Under the pieces are notes generated by a model. That model made no database searches. It was not told the origin of the DNA and saw only the letters and a list, made by a program, of their open reading frames with translations. This document shows positions 17,083-26,187 of a stretch of 64,000 bases of DNA, in pieces. Source of the stretch: Bdellovibrionia bacterium. GTDB lineage: Bacteria; Bdellovibrionota; UBA1018. Every line of letters starts with the position of its first letter. Positions within the stretch are counted from its first letter, which is position 1. A program made the position numbers and the translations under genes. The stretch is from contig JBBARP010000001.1 in NCBI GenBank assembly GCA_040399745.1, positions 106,617 to 170,616 on the forward strand, given 5' to 3'.

Positions 17083-18111
17083 ATGTTTTTAGGCTCCCTG
17101 CGCGTGATGCATGTTTCTAAGCGCGCCCTGGCCGATGCAGATTTACCTGCGGTCTTGGGTCTGGTGGACGCCCTTTTTCCAGAAGCATTCCGATTGGACA
17201 CTTGCCAGCGCCGCATCTGGATTTACCCGTCCTTTGCGGCGTCTTTGACGACAGCGCCTCGCGAAGTACCGGGAACGGAGCTTTTTTCAGGGGCGGAAGC
17301 CTATTCCTTTTTGCTTCGGGTCGCGACGGGACTGGAAAGCGAAGTGAAGGGCGAGACCGATATTTTTGGGCAACTCAAAGAGGCTTGGGCGCAGTTTGAA
17401 CTTCAAGGTTCTGGACTGTTGGTCGCGCTGAGCCCTTGGATGCGAAAAGTGTTTGAAGACACAAAGGAGATTCGCTCGCTCCACCTTCAGAACGTGGGGA
17501 CCGCAAGTTACGGAAGCCTGGTCAGGCGCGTCCTGCGCTCGTTTTCCGAATCCCCGCAAGGACCGATCCTGCTGGTCGGGGCGGGCCAGATTGCTCAGTC
17601 GATTGCGCCCTGGCTTTTGGATCAGGAACTTTGGATTTTGAATCGAACCCGCGATTCGGCCGACCGCTTGAAGTTTGAGCTTTTGGCAAAAGAACCCAAG
17701 GCCCGGATTCACGTGCTGGAAGCCGGTAGCGAGGCCCAGCTCGCTGCCTTTCAAAACGCGGCTCATGCGGTGATATGTGTCCCGGTCGATTCAGAGCGGG
17801 ACGAAGCCCGGATTGAGGCTTGGGATCAGGCCGACCGCGCAAGTGCAGTGCCCCGAGCGGTCGTTCACTTAGGCGGAATGCGGGCGGCTTGCCCGGGCTG
17901 GACGCGGCTTTCGCGCTTTGTATGCTTGGATGAGCTTTTCGCTCTTCAAAAATCTCAAAACGACATCCGGACCGAGCAGGTGGACCGCGCCCTTCGGGCT
18001 TGTTCTGAGCGGGCTCGTCTTCGGGGTTTGGCCGGCTCTTCGGCCGGTTCGGCCACTTTGCCGCACGGTTGGGAAGACTTGGCCGTTTTCGCGGACGCTT
18101 CCGCAGGGTAA
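17083..18111 (+). CDS. hemA: Glutamyl-tRNA reductase (short, divergent)
   Basis: TCQR (canonical TCNR), A.GLES.V.GE.DI.GQ.K.A, GAGQIA, NRT; first gene of the hem cluster. Confidence 0.8.
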   Translation: MFLGSLRVMHVSKRALADADLPAVLGLVDALFPEAFRLDTCQRRIWIYPSFAASLTTAPREVPGTELFSGAEAYSFLLRVATGLESEVKGETDIFGQLKEAWAQFELQGSGLLVALSPWMRKVFEDTKEIRSLHLQNVGTASYGSLVRRVLRSFSESPQGPILLVGAGQIAQSIAPWLLDQELWILNRTRDSADRLKFELLAKEPKARIHVLEAGSEAQLAAFQNAAHAVICVPVDSERDEARIEAWDQADRASAVPRAVVHLGGMRAACPGWTRLSRFVCLDELFALQKSQNDIRTEQVDRALRACSERARLRGLAGSSAGSATLPHGWEDLAVFADASAG

Positions 18112-18120
18112 GACCACCAC

Positions 18121-19719
18121 ATGTCCAAGCGCACTGTTCTGAAGTTGGGAACCCGCCGCTCGCTTTTGGCCTGGGCACAGTCAGGACAAGTGGCAGCAGC
18201 GATTGAGAAAGCCAACCCTGGGCTCAAAGTCGAGCGCGTGGGGATTGATACCCGCGGCGATAAGATCCTGGATATTCCGCTTCAGAAGGTCGAAGGCAAA
18301 GAGTTCTTCGTCGCTGAAATCGACGATGCTTTGCGTTCCGGCGCGGTCGACTTGACCGTTCATAGTTTGAAAGACCTGAGCTTAGAGCGCCCAACGGAGT
18401 TTGTTTTGGCGGCGATGCCAGAACGCGCGAACTCGCGCGATGTGGCCATTTTTGCCCCGAACGTCTTGGAAAAGCTCAAGCGGGGCGAACGGCTCAAGAT
18501 CGGAACTTCTTCTCCGAGACGACTCGAAAATCTTCCCTCGTTCCTCTCGAAAGCATTGCCGCGCTTCGGAAGCGGTAATTTACCGAAGCTTCAATTCGTT
18601 GAGATTCGCGGCAATGTGAACACTCGCTTGGGGCGCCTTCACGAAGCTGACACCAGTGATCGGCACTTGGATGGTGTGATCTTGGCGTTTGCGGGGCTGA
18701 TCCGTCTTTGGGCGGACGAGGCAGCGCGCGCCGAGATGACGAAGCTTTTTCAAGGCGTTCGCTGGATGGTTTTGCCCTTGCGGGAAAACCCATCGGCGCC
18801 GGGGCAAGGCGCATTGGCGGTTGAGTGCCGAGCAGACGATGAGTTGGTTCGCGAGGCCCTAGCCAAGCTCGATCACCCTGCCACTCGATCGGCTGTGGCT
18901 ACCGAGCGGGGCCTCCTGGCTGCTTGGGGTGGGGGATGCCATCAGCGGTTTGGCGCATCGAGCGTGGAAGCATCGGGCTTAGGTGCGCTTCTTTACATTC
19001 GGGGCGTGCGGCCTGACGGCGTGGCAGTCGATGAACTTCAGTGGAAAGCTCCGGCCGCCCCGGGGCGCGCTCTGCGCGCTTGGGACGGCTCGCTTTCGCG
19101 CGCGGGTGCTGCGGCGGCGGCGGTTGGCGCGGGCGGCGCGCAGGCCGGCGATAGCCCGAGTGTGGCGGCTTCGGCGCCGGCTCTGAGCTTGGCTTCCGGC
19201 GCGCCGGTGTTCGTCGCGCATTGGCGCGCTCTTTCGCCCGCGTGGGAGGCGCCACTTGCCGGGGCGCGCGTGTGGTGCTCGGGAACGGCCAGCTGGTACC
19301 GCTTGGCTGAACGCGGCGTTTGGGTGGAAGGCTGCGCAGAAGGTTTGGGCTTTGATGAAGCACTCCCCCAGCTGGCCGAGCCCGTGCTGGAGCTTCCCGG
19401 GCTCGAGCGCTGGACGGTGCTGACCCATCAGGAGGCGCTCGGCGAATGGCAGGGCCGAGTCGCGCAGGCGGTAGGAACTTACAGCGCGCCCGGGGAAGCA
19501 GCCGAGTACGCGCCCCAGGCCGTAGCCGAGCTGGAGAGCGCCGAGGCGGCGTGGTGGAGCAGCGGCTCGCAATTCACAGCGCTCGCCGCGAAGGCGCGGT
19601 CAGTGCGGGAGCATGCGTGCGGCCCAGGGCGCACCGCGCGGGTGCTGCGCGCCGCCGGCGTGGAACCTCGGATTTTTCCCAGTGTTGAGGAGTGGAGACA
19701 ATGGCTCAAGACCGTTTGA
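18121..19719 (+). CDS. hemC: Hydroxymethylbilane synthase with C-terminal HemD-like extension
   Basis: GTRRSLLAWAQ, VHSLKD, GTSSPRR, IRGNVNTRL, PGQGAL, GGC; about 220-aa extension with SSGS and CGPGRTA..L...G resembling uroporphyrinogen-III synthase. Confidence 0.88.
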   Translation: MSKRTVLKLGTRRSLLAWAQSGQVAAAIEKANPGLKVERVGIDTRGDKILDIPLQKVEGKEFFVAEIDDALRSGAVDLTVHSLKDLSLERPTEFVLAAMPERANSRDVAIFAPNVLEKLKRGERLKIGTSSPRRLENLPSFLSKALPRFGSGNLPKLQFVEIRGNVNTRLGRLHEADTSDRHLDGVILAFAGLIRLWADEAARAEMTKLFQGVRWMVLPLRENPSAPGQGALAVECRADDELVREALAKLDHPATRSAVATERGLLAAWGGGCHQRFGASSVEASGLGALLYIRGVRPDGVAVDELQWKAPAAPGRALRAWDGSLSRAGAAAAAVGAGGAQAGDSPSVAASAPALSLASGAPVFVAHWRALSPAWEAPLAGARVWCSGTASWYRLAERGVWVEGCAEGLGFDEALPQLAEPVLELPGLERWTVLTHQEALGEWQGRVAQAVGTYSAPGEAAEYAPQAVAELESAEAAWWSSGSQFTALAAKARSVREHACGPGRTARVLRAAGVEPRIFPSVEEWRQWLKTV

Positions 19720-20735
19720 AGTCTTCGGACGAAGTTTTCGGAAGCTGGAAGGGACGGGCGCTTCGTCGCTTGCGCCAGGACCGTTGGACGCGGGAACTCG
19801 TCCGCGAGCACCGAGTGGGGGTGGAGCAATTCATTCAACCGCTTTTTGCCGTGGAAGGTTTGAAGGAACGGGAAGTGATTCCCGGTTTGACCGGAACTTG
19901 GCGCGATACGCCCGAGAGTCTTTTCTCGCAGATCGATTCTGATCTCCAAAAAGGCGTCAGAAAATTTCTTCTCTTCGGTGTGCCGGGCTCAAAAGCCCTG
20001 AAGGATTTTGATCACGATTTCACCTCGCAAGTGATTTCAGGAATCAAACAACGCTTCGGTCGCGACCTTTGGCTATCTGTCGATGTGTGCTTGTGTTCTT
20101 CCACGACTCACGGTCAGTGCGGGGTCTTGAATCCCGAAGGCGATCACGTAGAGAACTCAGCAACCGTGGCAGAGCTGGCCCGCGCGGCAGCTCTGTACGC
20201 AGAAGCAGGCGCAGACTGCGTGGCGCCTTCTGACATGATGGATGGCCGTGTGGCTGCCATTCGTGCAGCACTAAACAAAGCCGGCCGAGAGCAGACTCTT
20301 TTGATGAGTTACTCCGCGAAGTTTCACTCGCGCTTTTACGGACCTTTCCGCGTGGCCGCGGATTCGGCTCCGAAAGGGCAGATTTCGAAACTGAAAGATC
20401 GAGCCACTTATCAAATCGATCCGAGTCGTCCGAAAGACGCTTATTTGGCGTCGCTTCGAGATGCCGAAGAAGGCGCCGACATTCTGATGGTGAAGCCCGG
20501 AATGCCTTACTTGGATGTGCTCGCTGAACTCAGTCAGGCCATTCCGCTTCCTTGGGCTGTTTACGAAGTGAGCGGTGAATACGCTGCGATTGAGCTCATG
20601 GCTGAAAAGGGCCTTGTGGCGCGCGAAGCGGCGCACGTGGAAGCTTGGACTGGCTTCGTGCGCGCCGGAGCATCGATGATCATTTCTTACGGATCGCGCT
20701 ACTCGCGGGATTGGATCGAAAAGGTGACCTCATGA
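19701..20735 (+). CDS. hemB: Porphobilinogen synthase
   Basis: DVCLCSSTTHGQCG, APSDMMDGRV, FYGPFR, MVKPG, VSGEY. Confidence 0.95.
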   Translation: MAQDRLKSSDEVFGSWKGRALRRLRQDRWTRELVREHRVGVEQFIQPLFAVEGLKEREVIPGLTGTWRDTPESLFSQIDSDLQKGVRKFLLFGVPGSKALKDFDHDFTSQVISGIKQRFGRDLWLSVDVCLCSSTTHGQCGVLNPEGDHVENSATVAELARAAALYAEAGADCVAPSDMMDGRVAAIRAALNKAGREQTLLMSYSAKFHSRFYGPFRVAADSAPKGQISKLKDRATYQIDPSRPKDAYLASLRDAEEGADILMVKPGMPYLDVLAELSQAIPLPWAVYEVSGEYAAIELMAEKGLVAREAAHVEAWTGFVRAGASMIISYGSRYSRDWIEKVTS

Positions 20736-22030
20736 AAACTGAAAAATCAGAAGCGCTCTTTGCCCGTGCTAAAAAAGTTGCTCCCGGAGGAGTCCATTCC
20801 CCGGTGCGCGGATTTCGAGGTGTGGGCGGTACCCCACGCTTCATCGAGAGTGCGCAGGGTTCTGAGCTTTTGGATGTCGACGGCAATCGCTACATCGATT
20901 TCTGCATGTCCTGGGGTCCCCTAATCTTTGGCCACCAAGATGGCGACGTGGCCGAAGCAGTGAAATCGGCCATGACGCGCGGCTGGACCTACGGAGCTGC
21001 CGAGCCTTACTCGCTTGAGTTGGCCGAACTCATGACGTCCCACATCCCTTGGGTCGAGAAAGTTCGATTCGTGAACTCGGGCACGGAAGCCGTCATGTCG
21101 GCTCTCCGTGTGGCGCGAGCCGCAACGGGGCGCCACAAAGTGGTGAAGTTTGATGGCTGTTATCACGGCCACTTGGATTCGCTTTTGGTTCGCGCAGGTT
21201 CGGGCCTAGCCGAAATGGCTTCGCCCGACAGTGCAGGGGTTCCTCCGCACGTGGCTGCCGACACGTTGGTGGTGCCGCTCAACGATCTCGATGCTTTCCG
21301 AAAGGTGATGGACGAGCACGGGCACGAAGTCTGTGTCGTTGCGATCGAGCCGCTGCCTGCGAACAACGGACTGCTCATGCAAACGGGTGAGTTCCTCTGT
21401 GAAATGGCATCGATCACCCGCAAGCACGGCGCACTTCTTCTTTTTGATGAAGTGATCTCGGGCTTCCGTGTGGCTTTTGGCGGGATGGCAGAACTCACCC
21501 AGATCAAGCCGGACCTGGTCTGCTACGGCAAGATCATCGGGGGCGGCTTCCCGGTTGGGGCTTACGGCGGACGCGCCGATTTGATGGATCTCGTGGCTCC
21601 TGCTGGCCCGGTTTATCAGGCAGGGACTTTGTCTGGAAACCCGGTGGCGATGACTGCTGGGATTGCCACTTTAAAGAAGCTTCTTCGAGAAAACCCTTAC
21701 GCTCGCTTGGAAGAGAAGACGCGAGTGTTTGCTGAGCGCGTCCAGAAGGCCGCTCAGAAGTCAGCGCCTTTCCCGGTCCAGGTTCAGCGCTTTTCCTCGC
21801 TGATGTGGACGGTGATGGGTGCTCCTCAATCTCGCGATGGACTGGCTCGCTCACTGCCTGAAATTCCGGAAGAGCAAAAAGCCCGTTTCGCGAAGCTCTT
21901 TCACGCGCTTCTGGCCCAGGGAGTTTATCTCGCTCCGAGCGGCTTCGAAGTTTCTTTCCTATCCACCGTTCACACGGATGAGCAACTGGACCGTGTGATC
22001 GCAGCGATCGAGGGGGCTCGCTACGAATGA
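20732..22030 (+). CDS. hemL: Glutamate-1-semialdehyde 2,1-aminomutase
   Basis: PGGVHSPVR, SWGP, VNSGTEA, FDEV, GKIIGGG.PVG, QAGTLSGNP. Confidence 0.95.
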   Translation: MKTEKSEALFARAKKVAPGGVHSPVRGFRGVGGTPRFIESAQGSELLDVDGNRYIDFCMSWGPLIFGHQDGDVAEAVKSAMTRGWTYGAAEPYSLELAELMTSHIPWVEKVRFVNSGTEAVMSALRVARAATGRHKVVKFDGCYHGHLDSLLVRAGSGLAEMASPDSAGVPPHVAADTLVVPLNDLDAFRKVMDEHGHEVCVVAIEPLPANNGLLMQTGEFLCEMASITRKHGALLLFDEVISGFRVAFGGMAELTQIKPDLVCYGKIIGGGFPVGAYGGRADLMDLVAPAGPVYQAGTLSGNPVAMTAGIATLKKLLRENPYARLEEKTRVFAERVQKAAQKSAPFPVQVQRFSSLMWTVMGAPQSRDGLARSLPEIPEEQKARFAKLFHALLAQGVYLAPSGFEVSFLSTVHTDEQLDRVIAAIEGARYE

Positions 22031-23025
22031 GTTCGGCCGGCGCACTTTCACGTCTACCGGGCATCCGCGTAAGAAGGTTAGTGTTCCTTCAAGCGCTGTG
22101 GCTTGCATCGCTCATCGCTTTGATGGGTTGGTGGGGGACGCTCGCGCTTCGGCAGGCCGATCGCATTCGTGAGTTGGAAGCTCGGGTCGAGCAAGTGGAA
22201 GTGACCTCGACGCCCACGGCTCCCACGCAATTTGCTCGGACTCAGCGCATGCTGATTTGGGAGGGTGGTTTTTTTCTTGGGCTATTGCTTTTGGCTTCAG
22301 GAAGTCTTTGGGCATTAGCGCGCCGGGATCGAAATCGACAGAAGGGCCTCCAGGCCTTCTTTGCTTCGGTGACCCACGAACTTCGCACTCCGCTGACCAG
22401 CATTCGGCTTCAGGCGGAATCTTTGGCTGAACTGATGGAGCCCAGGCAGCACGAAGATGAATTAAATTTGGTGAAACGCCTCTTAGAGGACGTTCAGCGT
22501 TTGGAAGCCCAGGTCGAGCGCACATTGGAGCTTTCACGTTTAGAGGGCGGCGGTGGACTGCAGGTCAAACCCATCGGTCCCGCGATGTGGATTTCACGGA
22601 ACTTGGGACACTGGAGTCGCCCGTACGGAGACCGCCTTCAAGCATCGGCTTGGATTCCCGATGACCTTCGAATTTTTGCGGACCCGATCGCTTTGCAGGT
22701 GATCTTTCGGAACTTGATGGAGAACGCATCTCGACACTCCGGAAAAGAGCCCGTGAAAGTTCAAATCACCGTAAAAGTCCTTCCCAAGAACAAAGCGCAA
22801 ATCTTGTTCTATGACGACGGGCCGGGTGGAGCGGGCGGAAATGCCGTCGGACAGCCTTTCGTTAAGGGAGCGCAGTCTCAAGGAGCCGGAATCGGCCTTT
22901 ATCTGGTGCGCGCTTTGATGGAGCGCATGGGTGGCCGGGTCGAATTCAAAGGCGGCCCAGGATTTCCGGTCGAGCTGGAATTTCAGCAGGCTCCCCAGGA
23001 AAAGCGCGGAGAGCTCCATGGCTGA
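22027..23025 (+). CDS. Membrane sensor histidine kinase
   Basis: Two TM helices, THELRTPL H-box, NLMENA N-box, DDGPG, G.GIGL. Confidence 0.92.
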   Translation: MSSAGALSRLPGIRVRRLVFLQALWLASLIALMGWWGTLALRQADRIRELEARVEQVEVTSTPTAPTQFARTQRMLIWEGGFFLGLLLLASGSLWALARRDRNRQKGLQAFFASVTHELRTPLTSIRLQAESLAELMEPRQHEDELNLVKRLLEDVQRLEAQVERTLELSRLEGGGGLQVKPIGPAMWISRNLGHWSRPYGDRLQASAWIPDDLRIFADPIALQVIFRNLMENASRHSGKEPVKVQITVKVLPKNKAQILFYDDGPGGAGGNAVGQPFVKGAQSQGAGIGLYLVRALMERMGGRVEFKGGPGFPVELEFQQAPQEKRGELHG

Positions 23026-23746
23026 GAGAATTCTCCTCGTCGAGGACGAAAGAAACGTGGGGAGTACGCTTCAGGAGCGCTTGAGCCGAGAAGGTTATCA
23101 GGTGGTTTGGGCGAAGACTTGCGAAGAAGCCCGGATGCAATTGAATGCCGAGCGCTTTCAGATGGTGGTCTTAGACGTAGGCCTTCCGGATGGAAGTGGT
23201 TTTGAAGTGGCGCGTGAGCTTCGTCAGAAAGACCGCGCGACAGCGCTTCTTTTTTTGACGGCTTACGGAACCCCGGAAGACCGCGTCCATGGCCTGGAGC
23301 TGGGCGCTGAAGATTATGTGGTGAAGCCTTTTCACCTCAAAGAGCTGGTTCTACGGATTCAAAACGGCTTGAAGCGAAGTCGCTTAGCGGCCTCTGACAT
23401 TCCTGCAGTGGGTGTAACTGTGGGGCAGGCCGTGTTTTACTTTGCAGGCTTTGAGGTGGAAGTCGCAGGAGGCCGGCAGAAGCTTGGGACGAAAGAGTGC
23501 CGCTTGATGCGCCTTCTGGTCGAGCGCTGGGGCAAAGTCGTGAGTCGCGATGAGATCTTGAATCAGGTCTGGTCCGAGAACGAGTACCCGACGGCTCGGA
23601 CGGTCGATAATTTTATTTTGAAACTCAGGCGCTGGGTCGAGCTGGATCCCGAGAATCCAAAGCTGATTCGAAGCGTTCGAGGCATTGGTTACCAGTTGGT
23701 TTCAGCTGAAGAAGCGAAGTCGGGCGAGAAAGAGAGTAGTTCATGA
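23018..23746 (+). CDS. OmpR/PhoB family response regulator
   Basis: ILLVED, LDVGLPD, DYVVKPF, RTVDNFI.KLR, SVRGIGY. Confidence 0.93.
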   Translation: MAERILLVEDERNVGSTLQERLSREGYQVVWAKTCEEARMQLNAERFQMVVLDVGLPDGSGFEVARELRQKDRATALLFLTAYGTPEDRVHGLELGAEDYVVKPFHLKELVLRIQNGLKRSRLAASDIPAVGVTVGQAVFYFAGFEVEVAGGRQKLGTKECRLMRLLVERWGKVVSRDEILNQVWSENEYPTARTVDNFILKLRRWVELDPENPKLIRSVRGIGYQLVSAEEAKSGEKESSS

Positions 23747-24795
23747 GAAATCGGTTTCAGACGACTTTGCGACTGGAGAATCAAGGACGCCCACCGGTCT
23801 GGTTCATGCGCCAGGCAGGCCGCTACCACTCGCACTATCAGGGCATGAAAAAGCGCTACTCCTTCATCGATCTTTGCAAAGTGCCGGAAGCGGCCTGCGA
23901 GACGACGATGGGGCCTATCGATGACTTCGATTTTGATGCCGCTATTTTATTCTCAGACCTTCTTTTCCCGCTCGAAGCTTTGGGGATGGGCCTTCGGTAT
24001 GTTCCTGGTCCCAAGCTCGATTTTCACGTGCGGACAAAATCTGATTTGTCGCGTTTGAGCAGCGAGGGTGTCGGGCTTTTGCCGAAACTCGAATTTCAGG
24101 CGCAGGCGCTTCAGAAAATTCGGCGAGCCTTGCCTGAAGACAAGGGGCTTCTGGGTTTCGTCGGGGGCCCTCTCACTTTGTTTTATTACGCGGCTGTCGG
24201 GAGTCATCAGGGCGGGAATTTGGCAGAAGCCCGCAAGGGCCTGGATGACGGACGCTGGGAAGGCTTCTGTGATCGCCTGCTCGATCTTCTGGCTCATAAT
24301 ATGGCCCTGCAAGCGCGGAACGGGGTCGACACGATTGCTGTAATGGACACTTGCGCGGGCGATGTGGAACCCGATGCTTATGCGCATCACGTAGTTCCCG
24401 TTCTTCAGGACCTTTTTGCTCGTTACCGAGCCCTTTGTCCGGATGTGCCGATCACTTACTACTCCAAAGGAACGGACTCACGTTGGTGGGACTCTTTGAA
24501 AGATCTTCCCATCGCCGCCATCGGCGTGGACTGGAATACCGACATCGTGCAGGTGCTGAAACGCTACGGCGGGCGTTGGGCGATTCAGGGCAACTTTGAT
24601 CCGAGTGACTTGTTCCTGCCGCTAGAGAAACTAGAACCCAAGCTCAGGCATTGGATGGAGCGAGTGAAGCGCGAAGTGCCACTCAGTCTTCGTCAGGGCT
24701 GGGTTTGCGGCTTAGGCCACGGTGTGCTTCAGCATACGCCTGAGGCCAGTGTTCGGCTGTTTTTGCGTCTTCAGAAGGAGATTTTCGGGGAATGA
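23743..24795 (+). CDS. hemE: Uroporphyrinogen decarboxylase
   Basis: PVWFMRQAGRY, DAAILFSD, IQGNFDP, LGHGV. Confidence 0.95.
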   Translation: MRNRFQTTLRLENQGRPPVWFMRQAGRYHSHYQGMKKRYSFIDLCKVPEAACETTMGPIDDFDFDAAILFSDLLFPLEALGMGLRYVPGPKLDFHVRTKSDLSRLSSEGVGLLPKLEFQAQALQKIRRALPEDKGLLGFVGGPLTLFYYAAVGSHQGGNLAEARKGLDDGRWEGFCDRLLDLLAHNMALQARNGVDTIAVMDTCAGDVEPDAYAHHVVPVLQDLFARYRALCPDVPITYYSKGTDSRWWDSLKDLPIAAIGVDWNTDIVQVLKRYGGRWAIQGNFDPSDLFLPLEKLEPKLRHWMERVKREVPLSLRQGWVCGLGHGVLQHTPEASVRLFLRLQKEIFGE

Positions 24796-26171
24796 AAAAT
24801 CACAGCGAACTTCTGAAGAAGTACAACGTTCCGGGTCCCCGCTACACCAGTTACCCCACAGTCCCCTACTGGGAGCGTAACCCCTCTGCTGAAGAGTGGA
24901 TCTCAAGCATTGACCAAGCGCTTACCGACGGGGAAGCCCGAGGAATCGGGGCAGCGCTCTATATTCACATCCCCTTTTGCGAAAGCCTTTGCACTTATTG
25001 CGGCTGCAATACGCGCATCACTCGCAATCACTCGGTCGGACGCCCGTATGTGAAGACCGTCCTTCAGGAGTGGAAGCTTTACTTAGAGCGCTTGGGGCGA
25101 GATCGCTTGGACGGGGTCCCCGTCACCGAGATTCACTTGGGCGGTGGAACGCCGACTTTCCTCACGCCAGACGAACTTCGCGAGCTCATGGAAGGTATTT
25201 TGGAGAAGTGCCGAATTCTTCCAGGCGCTGAGTTTTCCATGGAAGCCGATCCTCGGGTGACCCGCCGTGACCACCTGGAGGTTTTGGCCAGTTTAGGTTT
25301 TCGGCGCTTAAGCCTAGGGATTCAAGATTTTGATCCTCGGGTTCAGGACGTCGTTCACCGGATTCAGAGTGAAGATCAAGTGCGCGAAGTGACCGAAATG
25401 GCGCGCGAACTGGGCTACACTTCCATCAATTACGATCTCATTTACGGATTACCCTTTCAGACTCTGGACAGCATTCGTGAAACCATCGATGCCGTCCGGC
25501 GCCTCAGGCCCGACCGGATTGCTTTCTACGCTTACGCCCACGTGCCTTGGATTAAGCCCTCGCAGCGTCGCTTCACCGAGGCTGACCTTCCGGCAGGCGA
25601 TGAAAAGCGGGCGCTCTACGAACTAGGCCGCACCATGTTGGAAGATTCCGGCTACCGAGAAGTCGGAATGGACCATTTCTCGCTTGAGTCGGACTCGCTT
25701 TGGAAAGCGGCCAAAGAAGGCAGCCTTCACCGCAATTTCATGGGCTATACGGCCCGCCAAGTGGCGCCTTTGATTGGACTGGGCGTCTCAGCCATTGGGG
25801 ATTCGTGGACGATTTTCTCTCAGAACGAAAAGCTTCTGGAAACCTACCAAGCGCGTGTTGAGAAGGGTGAACTTCCGCTTCTTCGTGGCCACGTGCTGAA
25901 TCAGGAAGATCTGGTCATTCGTCAACACGTACTGAACTTGATGTGCCGAATGGGAACCGCTTGGGGCGATCAACCGGCTTACACCGAGTACTTAGAAAGC
26001 GTTGCACCTCGCTTAGAGGAATTGGTCCGCGACGGCTTAGTTGAAGCCGATCGTTTCCGAGTGACGGTGAAGGAAGAGGGCCGAGCTTATTTGCGGAATA
26101 TCTGCATGGCTTTTGATGCCCGTCTGACCCGTCAGGCGCCGCAAACTCAGCTTTTCTCGAAGACCATTTAA
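24792..26171 (+). CDS. hemN: Oxygen-independent coproporphyrinogen III oxidase
   Basis: GPRYTSYPT, HIPFCESLCTYCGC radical SAM motif, GGGTP, LHRNFMGY. Confidence 0.95.
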   Translation: MKNHSELLKKYNVPGPRYTSYPTVPYWERNPSAEEWISSIDQALTDGEARGIGAALYIHIPFCESLCTYCGCNTRITRNHSVGRPYVKTVLQEWKLYLERLGRDRLDGVPVTEIHLGGGTPTFLTPDELRELMEGILEKCRILPGAEFSMEADPRVTRRDHLEVLASLGFRRLSLGIQDFDPRVQDVVHRIQSEDQVREVTEMARELGYTSINYDLIYGLPFQTLDSIRETIDAVRRLRPDRIAFYAYAHVPWIKPSQRRFTEADLPAGDEKRALYELGRTMLEDSGYREVGMDHFSLESDSLWKAAKEGSLHRNFMGYTARQVAPLIGLGVSAIGDSWTIFSQNEKLLETYQARVEKGELPLLRGHVLNQEDLVIRQHVLNLMCRMGTAWGDQPAYTEYLESVAPRLEELVRDGLVEADRFRVTVKEEGRAYLRNICMAFDARLTRQAPQTQLFSKTI

Positions 26172-26187
26172 GAAACGAGAAGAACTG

